Source: Octopus vulgaris
Lineage: Eukaryota
DNA: 64,000 nucleotides
Direction: 5' to 3'
Assembly: GCA_951406725.2 (NCBI GenBank)
Contig: OX597814.1
Coordinates: forward strand, 36,022,001 to 36,086,000
Shown: positions 52,725 to 64,000 of the stretch, piece by piece
How the letters are laid out: every line of letters starts with the position of its first letter
Numbering within the stretch: position 1 is the stretch's first letter
Program-made: the position numbers and the translations under genes
Notes under the pieces: model-generated
What the model was told of the DNA's origin: nothing
The model's database searches: none
What the model saw: only the letters and a program-made list of their open reading frames with translations

Positions 52725-53150
52725 GTGAGATTCAGCCAAAATCCTTGTAAATGCTGTACAAACTCCCACTCACGTATCTATCCATCTAAATAGACAGATA
52801 TGTGGGTAGATAGATAATCTTATGTTACGATTATTTAAGCATGTCAGAACAACATCACCAAATGAAAATGTTCTACGTTTTGGAAGTTATGGAGTAGGCT
52901 ACAGCTAGATTGGATTGAGGGAAGAAGTACTCAAAAGTGACTGTCTGACTACAATTTTGCCTTCAGGAACTGTCAGAATTGGAATATCATTGACTTCAAG
53001 GATCACTAGCTTTTATCCAATGGAGATAGTTTATTGTATTTATAGGAAGAATGTTTTATTTTTAATTTCCTTGTAAATAACTTGCCAGAAATAAATACTA
53101 AATCATTTCAGAATGTTACCAATGGCATTGTGTAAAAACGCATATATATT

Positions 53151-53231
<81 letters not shown>

Positions 53232-53233
<2 letters not shown>

Positions 53234-53537
53234 AGGCACAACGGCCCAGTGGTTAGGGCTGCGGACTCGCAGTTGTAGGATCGCGGTTTCGATTCCCAGA
53301 CCGGGCGTTGTGAGTGTTTATTGAGCGAAAACAACCTAAAGTTCCACGAGGATCTGGCAGTGGGTGGTGGTGATCCCTGCTGTACTCTTTCGGCAGAACT
53401 ATCTCTCACACTTTCTTCTGTTGACCTGCTTGCTTAGCCAGCGGGGTGGCATCATTTGAAATCTAAAACAATGCAAAGCGCATTGTGACCAGCGCTGTGT
53501 AGCAACATCTGATAGCCTGGTCAGTCAAAGTGATCAT
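53232..53537 (+). mobile_element. full-length tRNA-derived SINE (third family)
   Basis: A box CGGCCCAGTGG, B box GGTTTCGATTCC, body GTGTTTATTGAGCGAAAACA, tail GGTCAGTCAAAGTGAT; second copy at 45165. Confidence 0.85.
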
Positions 53538-53539
53538 GG

Positions 53540-53574
<35 letters not shown>

Positions 53575-53576
<2 letters not shown>

Positions 53577-53970
53577 CTTTTATTCTTTTACTTGTTTCAG
53601 TTATTTTGACAGCGGCCATGCTGGAGCACCACCTTTTAATGAAAGAAATCGACTCCTGGACATATTATTTGTAAACCTGGTACTTATCCTATCAGTCTCT
53701 TTTACCAAACTGCTAAATGACGGGGATGTAAACACACGAAGATCAGTTGTCAAGTGATGGTAGAGGGACAAACACCGACACAAACAAACAAATATATACA
53801 TATCTATATATACAACATGCTTCTTTCAGTTTGTGTCTAGCAAATCCACTCACAGGCTTTGGTCAGCCTGAGGCTATAGCAGAAGACACTTGCCCAAGGG
53901 GCCATGCAGTGGACCTGAACCTGGAACCATGTGGTTGTGAAGCAAGTATCTTACCACACAACCATACTCG
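53575..53970 (-). mobile_element. composite CORE-like SINE
   Basis: Reverse complement of 6580-7035. Confidence 0.85.
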
Positions 53971-54047
53971 CACTATATCTATATATATATATGTATGTAT
54001 ATATATATTTATATATATGTATCTATGTGTGTATATATATATATATA

Positions 54048-54092
<45 letters not shown>

Positions 54093-54312
54093 ATATATAT
54101 CATTAAGAGATAGAACCTCCATTAAGTAATTCAATTAATAATGAAAATATAGTAAAATATAAATTTAAATATATTATTATCTACATTGTACTAAAATTTT
54201 CTATACTGATTAATACTCATTAAAAAATACACATTAAAAAGACATAATTATTACTATTGTACTAAAAATTTCTATACTACATAATACACATTAAAAAAAT
54301 ACATATTAAAAT

Positions 54313-54417
54313 GACGACGTGCATTTCTTGACTATGTATACAAATCTACAATATGAAAATCAACAATCTCAAAAATTAATATTTCATCAATATTTCTACA
54401 TAGCCACTCTTCAGGTC
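54313..54417 (-). ncRNA. hammerhead motif with greatly extended stem II, in a PLE terminal-repeat fragment (54110-54600)
   Basis: GAC-CTGAAGA-G-TGGCTATGTA-(~58 nt)-TACATAGTCA-A-GAAAT-GCAC-GTC-GTC. Confidence 0.65.
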
Positions 54418-54647
54418 TCAATAACATAAAATAACTTTACAACATAAATGAATACGTTATAATTGCACTATACATTTATAAATAATTGATAAGATTTAAT
54501 AGTATTAAGGAAAAGTAGGAGCATGATTTATCTTATTGATGAGCAGCTGTTAACTCCACAATTTAAAGATGGTTACTGAAGTAATGTCCTCTGTTTATAT
54601 GAGTTCCAAAGTAGGGGAGATAATTCTTAATTATTGAATATTAATTT

Positions 54648-54719
54648 ATCTTCTGCTATAACCTCAGGCCAACCAAAGCCTCATGAGTAGATTTGGTAGA
54701 TAGAAACTGAAAGAAGCCT

Positions 54720-54768
<49 letters not shown>

Positions 54769-55330
54769 TCATCATCATCATCATTTAACGACCGTTTTCA
54801 ATGCTAGCATGGGTTGGATGGTTCGACAGGGGTCTGGGAAGCCAGAAGGCTGCACCAGGCTCCAGTCTGATCTGGCAGTGTTTCTACAGCTGGATGCCCT
54901 TCCTAATGCCAACCACTCCATGAGTGCAGTAGGTAGTTTTTACGTGCCAGGGGAGACTGGCAATGGCCACGATCGGCTGGCGCCTTTTATGTGCTACCAG
55001 CACAGGTACCAGGGCAGGCTGGCCAAGGCCATGATTGGTTGATGCTTTTTACGTGCCACCGGCATGGAAGCCAGTCAAGGCAGCGCTACATACGTATATG
55101 TATGTAACTGTATGTCTTCATGTCTGTGTTTGTCCCCCATCACTGCATGGTAACTGGTGTTGGTATGTTTAAGTCTTTGTAACTTAGGATTTCAGTAAAA
55201 GAACAATAGAGTAAGTACCAAGTTAAAAAAAAAATAAGTACTTGGGTTGATTAGTGTGACTAGGATTACTTGAGGTGGTGCTCCAGCATGGCTGCAGTGT
55301 AATGACTGAAACAAGTAAAAAGATAAAAGG
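54648..55330 (+). mobile_element. CORE-like SINE with a nested minus-strand RTE 3'-UTR insertion (54766-55090) in its internal TA tract
   Basis: SINE halves at 54648-54725 and 55095-55330 flank the RTE UTR. Confidence 0.8.
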
Positions 55331-55375
55331 ATAATGAAACACTAAGTAGGTTTGTATCATTGAAGCACATGTTAA

Positions 55376-55595
55376 CTCTTTCGTTACTGTGTTTATTTTG
55401 AGATGCTCCGTGTTTCTTTCAATTACTTTAAATATAACAAAGAATTTAGTAAAATGACTTAGTTATCTTTAAGCCAGTGTTAGGAACATAAACTGTGACT
55501 AAGGTTTGGTGGAAGATTTTGATTCAAAACTTTTGAAAACAAGACATTTGTACTCAGAGCCAGAGCCGGTTTCAGCCGGGTTGGTAACGGAAGGG
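55376..55595. mobile_element. piggyBac-type MITE
   Basis: TTAA|CTCTTTCGTTAC ... GTAACGGAAGGG|TTAA. Confidence 0.85.
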
Positions 55596-56469
55596 TTAAT
55601 GGCTAAGGAGTTTGGACATTTTGTGAGTAGTTTGGCCACAAACACAAATGAAATGAGATGATGGAACTATTGAATTAACTGTTTGTTTGTTGAGTACCCT
55701 CAGCACTTATTAGTCTATGTATCTAATTATGCTTAAAATTTGCTTAAAGATTATCAATGTTTTGATCAAAAATATAACAAATCAACAACAGAACAACTAT
55801 AACATGACTGTTTGTGAGCAAGATTAATTTTATCATTGCAAAATATTACACAAATTAATATTTAAGGTATTTGCATTATAACCCCTGATGATTTCTGTTA
55901 TTTGTTTTTGTCTTATATTATCTTAATGTTTTTATCATATATTATTAAAAATCATAAAATATATATATATTTCTACTATCATGGCAGTATAAGTATATTT
56001 AACAACATTAAAAATAGAAAACTCTCAAAGGATGTAAAATTTTTTATAATTGTCGAGAAGCTAGAGGTTAGCTTTGAGGTTAGCCAGTTCAAAGCTCGAA
56101 ATAAAGTTACATATTTAGTATGACATGAGAATAAAATATGTCCAATGTGTTAATTTCAAGTAAAGCTAAATAGTATAATTAACTGAGTAATAATTATCTT
56201 GTCAGTAACACATGCATTGTCTACAATAATTTTGAACTTACAATATGTTGTCTTTATACAGTATGATCTTTATTAATGTCTCTTATACAATTCTATAATG
56301 CATTCATGATCATACCTGTTCAAGCAGATTTAGAGTATATTGGTAAGTGTACAAATGGCTTGTAGAAATTCACTGAGACGTTGCTTCAGACATTCACTGA
56401 GGCGTTGCTTCCATTTAGTTAATAATTATGTATCACATTGTCAAATGCAGTGGTTTATTGCAAGTGATG

Positions 56470-56700
56470 TTGGAGCTGGCGGAAACGTTTGCATGCCAGG
56501 AGAAATGCGTAGCCGAATTTCGTCTGCCGTTACATTCTGAGTTTGAATTCTGCCGAGGTCGACTTTGTCTTTCATCCTTTTGGGGTTGATAAATTAAGTA
56601 CCAGTTACATACTGGGGTCGATGCAATCGACGTAATCCATTTGTCTGTCCTTGTTTGTCCTCTATGTGTTTAGCCCCTTGTGGATAATAAAGAAATAGAT
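56470..56700 (+). mobile_element. Meta/MESC-domain SINE
   Basis: Aligns with 26770-27000. Confidence 0.85.
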
Positions 56701-56773
56701 GTTGTGAGGCAAGTGATTAAGGCGATCTATGTGGGATAATGGAAGGCAAAAGTAAATGATTAAGGCTCAAATA

Positions 56774-56966
56774 CTGTATTTGATGGCATAAAAAGATATG
56801 TTGACATATTGGTTACACCTTAATTTCAGCAGTACATATTTAGGAGAGAATCTGAGTGCCTTGAAGTATGTAACACTGGTCAAACCTTACATGTAAGTTC
56901 TAGAGTGATTTTTGTGACATAATTTTATGGGGAAAAAATGTACATCTTATATGCCATCAAATATAC
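56774..56966. mobile_element. pogo/Tigger-like MITE
   Basis: TA|CTGTATTTGATGGCATAAAAAGAT ... ATCTTATATGCCATCAAATATAC|TA. Confidence 0.7.
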
Positions 56967-57529
56967 TATGTCTTTGCCCTCATTAGAAAGTATTGGTCTT
57001 GGTTACTGGAGAGTGATATATATAAGGACTTTTGAAATGATTTGCTAATGAACAAATTGCAGTGTCTTTGAAATTGTTGTGTGGTCTTTCTTTCATTTAA
57101 TTTAGAATAATAAGGGGACATAGGATATGAGGTGAGGTTCAAAAATATTTATATTGAAGTCACTGATGTAAATGTTCTTTCACAGAGCTTGTGGATAGGA
57201 GAGAAAATTTTAGCTCTGTGGCACCAAAAAACTATCTAAGCTTGATAAGACAGACACAAGTCTGATAAATATGGAAATAATACCAGAAGAACAATTTAAC
57301 ATGTAATAATAAATCAGAGTTGAAGAATTTTTCCAAGAGAATCAGTATAGTTTATATTCATGACCTTAAACTGAATTTATTTATTTATCGTTGGAGTAAT
57401 TTTTAGTTCTGTAGCTTCTTTACATGATGTTTTCAAGTTTTTTTTTATTTTTATTTTTCAGAATATTATCACTATATATTATGACTTGCTGAAATATTAG
57501 AAGACATTAAAAAACAAATTCTTCAAGAA

Positions 57530-57698
57530 AAATAGAAATATAAACACACAAAAAAGGCAACACATAAAATAAATAGTATGTATATACATATCCAACAGAA
57601 ATATATATATACACACACACACGCACACACCCATATATGCATACAAATATACATATATATAAAGGAAGGAAAATGCACACAGTTAACATAGTTTTAAG

Positions 57699-57737
<39 letters not shown>

Positions 57738-58679
57738 AATATTCATATATATAAGTCCGTGGATATATATGCCAATGTGCATGTCTATTTCTCCCATTCT
57801 CTCTCTCTCTCTATATATATATATATAAATATAGATAGATAAATAGATATAGTTATATAAGATAGATGGGATACATAAAGCGATGGGTATATATATATAT
57901 ATATACACATTTATGTATATAGGTATTAATATATGTATGTTTTTTTTATTGATATTTACAATTTTATACATATATGTGGGTGAGTGTGTATTTAAATAAT
58001 AAATACATAAAAATATATATACATATATAATCAGTAATCATGATTAGATGTGTGTGTTTATATACATACATACATACGTACATATATATATATATATATA
58101 TATTGAACACACACACTTCCATACAAATATAAGTATGCACATACAAGTTTATTGGTACTTATACAGACATGCACATATGTATATATATATATATATATGT
58201 AGTAGTGTCAATTTATACATACACAGACACACACGTATACACATACACACAAACATTGATATATGTATTACACACATACAAAAATATGTACTTATATATT
58301 ACCATAAACACACACATATATATATGTATATACACAAATACACACACCTGCATTAATATACACTTTTACACACACACACTCATACATACAATCATATATA
58401 TATATATCTTTTTTATATATTGATAAATTTCTGTCTGTCCCACCCAACATTACATATGCCAACACTAGATGTTCGTTAAATCAACTGTTATTTTCTCGTT
58501 TTACAACCAGCGTAGTTACTTCTTAACGACAAACATCTTCACGTCTGCTATATTTTCTGATATCTCTTTATTGTAACGAAATATTTTTTATATCATATTT
58601 TAAATATTCCAAAAGTGCTTATTTTTATATGTGCATAGATCTACGTATATACACACATACTAGTATATTTATATATCTT

Positions 58680-58728
<49 letters not shown>

Positions 58729-58916
58729 TTATCTACCTCTGTATGTATGTATGCATCTATGTATGAATCTATATGCGTATATAAATTAATATATGCACAT
58801 ATCTATAGACACACACACATTTCAATATATATATAGAGAGAGATCCAGTTTATATTTATCTTTGTGTGTGTTTATATATACATATATATATGTATATTTA
58901 TCTATCTATCTATCTA

Positions 58917-58954
<38 letters not shown>

Positions 58955-59044
58955 TACATACATGTAAACATATATAGGAACATATGTGTGTATATACTTT
59001 ATACATATATATATATTTATATATATATATACATTTATGTATAA

Positions 59045-59085
<41 letters not shown>

Positions 59086-59125
59086 AACATATATGTGTAT
59101 GTGTGTGTATGCACACATACGTGCA

Positions 59126-59166
<41 letters not shown>

Positions 59167-59504
59167 TTATTTATGTCTTCATTCACATTTATCACCTACC
59201 TTTTGTGTAACATACACATGCATCTGAAGTCCACATATTTAAACATCGTGTAGGAGAGCACCTACAGATAAAGAAATGCATGCATGTTTGTGTGTGTGTG
59301 TGTATGTGTGGATGGGTGTGTTTGTGTGTTCGTGTGTGCATGTGTGCCTGTGTGATTGATCACAACAGAATTTCATGTATATTACTCTGTCTATCTTTTC
59401 TCTTTCTCACTTTCAGTGTCTTTACCTGTCTTTACCTTTTATGTGTATATGTATGCATATATATATATATATACATATATATTTATATACATATACATAT
59501 TTAC

Positions 59505-59555
<51 letters not shown>

Positions 59556-59616
59556 CATATATATATACATATATATATATATAACTATGTATATATATAT
59601 ATATACACACATATAT

Positions 59617-59660
<44 letters not shown>

Positions 59661-60000
59661 CATATGCATAAATGTATGTTTATATATTTACAAGTTTAAG
59701 CATATATATATAATATATACATGTACACACATAGCACATACTCACATATATATATCTGTATATCTATCTACACACACACACACATACCTATATATATATA
59801 TATATATATATATGTTTATATATGTGTATACAAGTGTGTACTGTGTGTATATATATATATATACATATACACACACTCATACGTACACATCCATTATATG
59901 TGTTTCAGTATGAGTCATCATGTATGCATACAGATACGTTAGTGTGAGAATGTACAAATGCTTACAGACACATTTGAAAAAAAGTACACACAACAGACTT
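57530..60000. repeat. large degenerate (TA)/(CA)/(TATG) microsatellite block
   Basis: Directly visible. Confidence 0.95.
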
Positions 60001-60236
60001 ACCCAAACACACACATACACACACACACACACCTGATGCAATAATACCATAAATAATCACAATATTTTTTCCTTCAAATTTATTTTATTTCTTCTAAGTC
60101 TCCATCATTCCTCACTCTCCTTCTCTTTCTCCTTTTATCTCTTTCTCTTTTCCTCATGTTTTTCAGCACACACGCACATACACAAACACACACACACACA
60201 TACACACATTCATACATAATTTTAGTTTCTACATAC

Positions 60237-60346
60237 CTTCGATTTTTCAAATTCCGTTTTGTCCCTTGTTGCTCATTTGAAAAGCTATCTAAACGGTTGA
60301 ACTTTATACCATTTCCATGGACATTAAAATGTTCACATATGACTGT
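60237..60346 (-). other. candidate 110-nt exon of a host transcript
   Basis: Acceptor TTCTATTTGTAG| and donor AAG|GTATGT bracket a unique CpG-containing island; one open frame [36 protein letters not shown] (could also be 5' UTR). Confidence 0.4.
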
Positions 60347-60476
60347 CTACAAATAGAATTTCAATAATGGTATATTTTAACATTAGTGGAAGACACAAAA
60401 AAGATTTTTTTCTAGAATTTATCTTAAAATAAATCCAATGAATGATGAGGAGATTATATGCATATATGTGTGTGTA

Positions 60477-60516
<40 letters not shown>

Positions 60517-60698
60517 CATGTATATATATACATACATGTGGACATTAATATATATGTATGTATCTGTGTATTTATGTACATATGAGTATATATATGTATG
60601 CATATATGTATATATATATATATATGTATGTATATATATATATATTTATATATATATGGATATATATATATATGTATATATATATACACACACATATT

Positions 60699-60730
<32 letters not shown>

Positions 60731-60774
60731 AATATATATATATGTATATATGCACGCATACATATGTGTATGTA

Positions 60775-60809
<35 letters not shown>

Positions 60810-60834
60810 GAAAGTGTACAAACCCTCAAAATTG

Positions 60835-60951
60835 CTTTATGGATGAAGCTTGCTCCCCAACCACATGGTTCTGGATTCAGTCTCACTGTGTAGCACCTTG
60901 GGCAAGTGTCTTTGGTAGACAGAAACTGGAAGAAACCTGTTCTATGTATGC

Positions 60952-60982
<31 letters not shown>

Positions 60983-61245
60983 TAATATATATATATACAT
61001 ATATGTATATATACATCTATATTCATATTTGTGCATGTATATATACATGTTTGTGCTTGACCCTCTGCTATCACTTGACAACTGATATTGGTGTGTTCAT
61101 GTCTCCATAACTTAGCAGCTCAGCAAAAGTGCCATGCTTACAATGAATAAGTCCTGGGGTTGATTTCTTCAACCAACACCTTTTGAGCTGGTGCTCCAGC
61201 ATGGCTGTAGTCAAATGAATGAAACAAGCAAGAATAAATGAAGGA
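60835..61245 (+). mobile_element. decayed composite CORE-like SINE
   Basis: GCACCTTGGGCAAGTGTCTT and the 3' tail motif. Confidence 0.75.
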
Positions 61246-61389
61246 ATATATATATATATACACACACACACATATATATGTATTTGCACATGTAGATATT
61301 TTTATATGTATATATATTTGTATATTATATATTTATATGTATATATGTATGTATATATATATGAATTTATCTGTAATATAATATATTGA

Positions 61390-61640
61390 GGGCTCATTCT
61401 TTCTTTTGTTGTCATACTATTACTATTAATATTTGCCATGATAGATCGCTAGCCACTACACATTCTTTATTTTCTCTCTTTATTTTCTTTCCTTGTTTGT
61501 TTCTGTGATCCTTTCTGTTGAAGAGCTTAAGCTCGAAATGTTAAAGAATTTTTCACTTCCCAGACATTATACTAATACATCTCTTTGTTGTCTACACCAC
61601 CTGTCTTCATCTTTTGTTTTTTTGTGAATTTTTCCTATAT
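61390..61640 (+). mobile_element. PLE terminal-repeat-like element, family B (HHR-like motif at 61511-61546)
   Basis: CTTT-CTGTTGA-A-GAGC-TTAA-GCTC-GAAATGTT-AAAG. Confidence 0.7.
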
Positions 61641-61739
61641 ATATCTATATCTATCTATCTATCTATATATATATATATATATATATATGTAGGTAGGTAG
61701 ATAGATAGATAAACAGACATACGTTATTATACTTTTTTC

Positions 61740-62077
61740 AACATCATCATCATTTAATAGGAAGCTTCTATACTCCTGATATGGAGAATGAGATCATACT
61801 CCAATATCTATTTCGGTCTGATTTCACTTACTGGCTGCCCTTCCTAATGGCAATTACCTTACAGAGTTTCTGTTTATGCACCAGCAGTATAGAGAATGTC
61901 TTAAATGTCGGTTGTGTAAATAATATTGCAAGTGTGTTGTTAAGAACACACTTTCAAGGCCCTTTGATTCTAAACCTTGCTTCCATACCTGAAATTTCTT
62001 CTCTAGTTCTGGTAATGATTCTGTTATGAGAGCCATATCATCAGCATAGAAGAGCTCCCAGGAGCAACCTGTCTTGA
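61740..62077 (-). mobile_element. rearranged RTE fragments (3' UTR + YADD region)
   Basis: KTGCSWELFYADDMALITESLPELEKKFQVWKQGLESKGL. Confidence 0.7.
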
Positions 62078-62212
62078 TATATATATATATATATATATTA
62101 TGTGAAATAGAAAGATGAATAATCTTGTAGCAGATTAATCAAAAGTTTAACCGATACCTTGGTAGCAAAAATCACAGCAGAAGACAGCACTGTTTTCTTC
62201 AATTCACCAATA

Positions 62213-62272
<60 letters not shown>

Positions 62273-62919
62273 TGTGTGTTTGTATTTATTCATTTATTTA
62301 TATATTTGTTGTCTGTATGTATAAACTTCTAATTAATTTTGCTATTAAGTGAGTGTATTTTTTTTGTATATATATGCGTGCATATGTATTGTATGTCATT
62401 AAGACCAATTAGCAGTATTTTTTATTAATCATTTTAAACTTCTTTGTTTTCATCAGCGTATTGATGCCTCCACTTTAACTGATGATCATTCAGCTAGTCT
62501 GCAGGTTTTCTATGATGACAGTCATATCATATTATTTATTACAGGACACAATTGTCCTTCAAAAATACAATTCAATGTCTGAAAAGTGATATGGCTTTTT
62601 GGCCATTCTTTTTTCAAGCACATGCCTCCATTAATTTAGTTACTTTATAAAAGTGATGACTGACTGGTCAAAAACTTTAATACATTTTTCCCATTTTGAA
62701 AATTATTATTTCTTAAAACTCTTGCTTTTCATTCAATCTGTTTATAAATATTTTTATTCTCTTAGACTGATCGTACTTTGCAAATGGCTAGCTGAATATC
62801 ATTTGATGAAAATGGTGCAGTTACACAATAATACAGAATTACATGATGTTATGTAATGTGTTTTGCATTGTTAATGACTAAGCATGCTATTGAAACATGA
62901 GCAATGGTATTTTGAGTTA

Positions 62920-63364
62920 TCTCTCTATATATAAACGGCAGTTTGTCTGTGTGTGTTTCTGTGTGTCTGTTTGGTTAAGACCCCCTTCGGTCATGAATGA
63001 CCATGAGATTGCACCTAGAAAGTTACCCTCCTAGACACAAGTCCGGGCAAGGTTGTTTTTTATGGAAGACCAGCAGTCGCCCATGCATACTAGTCTCCCC
63101 TCTCCACACCACAAGTGTTATCCAAGGGAAAGACAAAGGTCGATACAGCTTGGCACAGATGGTCTAGGGGACGCAACTCGACCTTTTTAACTATCAAAAA
63201 AAAAATTTACCATCAATTTTCTTCCCATTTTTTTGCTATTTTTTGGCTATAACTCTCTAAAAATGCTTTATAGTTATTTCCCTTACAAACACGCAGCCCG
63301 GTCGGGGATTCGAGCTCACAACCTCACGATCGTAAGCTCGATGCTCTAACCACTGAGCCATGCA
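62920..63364. mobile_element. interleaved Helitron-like (+) and tRNA-SINE (-) fragments
   Basis: TCTCTCTATATATAAACGGCAGTTTGTCTGTGTG Helitron-type 5' end; SINE head at 63290-63364 with A box TGGCTCAGTGG and B box GAGCTCGAATCC; probable SINE body at 62977-63157. Confidence 0.55.
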
Positions 63365-63524
63365 TATATGAATTTGCAAAATGTCTGAGATCAGTAAACA
63401 ACTGTTTAACTTTGTGTAGATCACTATACTGCTCAGTTGAAGGATATTGCCTATCTTTATTTTTTCTTTAAAGTAATTTTTAACCTCAGATATGCAGAGG
63501 TGATCTTAAAGTAATTGTCCAAGA

Positions 63525-63760
63525 TCTTATTTCTTTACTGCACACAAAGGGCCACACACAGAGGGGACAAACAAGGACAGACAAACAGATTAAGTCGATT
63601 ACATCGACCCCACTGCGTAACTGGTACATATTTAATCGACCCCGACAGGATGAAAGGCAAAGTCGACCTCGGCAGAATTTGAACTCAGAAAGTAACGGCA
63701 GACGAAATACCGCTAAGCATATCGCCCAGCATGCTAACGTTTCTGCCTGCTCACCACCAG
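63525..63760 (-). mobile_element. Meta/MESC-domain SINE
   Basis: Reverse complement of the 26770 family. Confidence 0.85.
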
Positions 63761-64000
63761 CTCACTGTAATTGGCCAAGATTTATTTGATTCCCATTGCA
63801 TTATATTCAACTACTCTATGATAAAATATATTCCTGTCTTGACTAACATATCTTATGGGTCATATATGAAGGTAATCAGGTTGACTAATTGGTCATATAT
63901 GAAAGTAATCAGATTATGCAGTATGACTTTCTCTATGATAGTAGGGTGTGAGTTGAGGTAGATTTAGTCTCTATATCTTCCAGAGTGAGTTATTTCATAG

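Noticed and set aside
53232-53305. tRNA gene (likewise 7300-7370 and 63290-63364)
   Set aside because: A and B boxes are present, but there is no complete acceptor stem or oligo-T terminator, and each continues into or abuts repeat sequence: these are SINE heads.
56368-56412. Short tandem duplications (also 34666-34742, 37325-37378, 63859-63916)
   Set aside because: Ordinary local slippage or repair duplications with no further structure.
62457-62504. Plus-strand 48-nt micro-exon RIDASTLTDDHSASLQ
   Set aside because: Good acceptor but a weak donor (GTTTTC), opposite strand to the other candidates, and no homology recognised.

Overview
AT-rich eukaryotic (animal) DNA dominated by (TA)n, (CA)n, (TATG)n and (GATA)n microsatellites and transposon debris. 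The SINE, RTE and Penelope families look like those of octopod cephalopods (Octopus sp.); this is inference from family resemblance, not a database match. No complete host gene is present, and almost every ORF in the supplied track is a microsatellite artefact. Supportable content: (1) a young, 5'-truncated CR1-group LINE (EN+RT, two in-frame stops, 17301-20372, -); (2) two long and several short RTE LINE copies; (3) a decayed Penelope-like element (PLE: RT + GIY-YIG + 3' hammerhead remnant, 11375-14430, -) and a second GIY-YIG remnant; (4) mariner, maT, hAT and Helitron remnants and several MITEs; (5) many tRNA-derived SINEs; (6) up to four weak candidate host exons on the minus strand. The main unexplained layer is RNA structure. 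About ten hammerhead-ribozyme (HHR)-like motifs from at least five repeat families occur in 64 kb, including a tRNA/Pol III-headed SINE carrying a minimal HHR and a 5' fold-back (two copies), an intact minimal HHR at 42134-42176, and a family with a recurrent non-canonical CUGUYGA core. There is also a covarying double-hairpin 3' signal shared by the LINE and several SINE tails, and an isolated ~265-nt hairpin at 6253-6516. All coordinates were read by eye; repeat boundaries are approximate.
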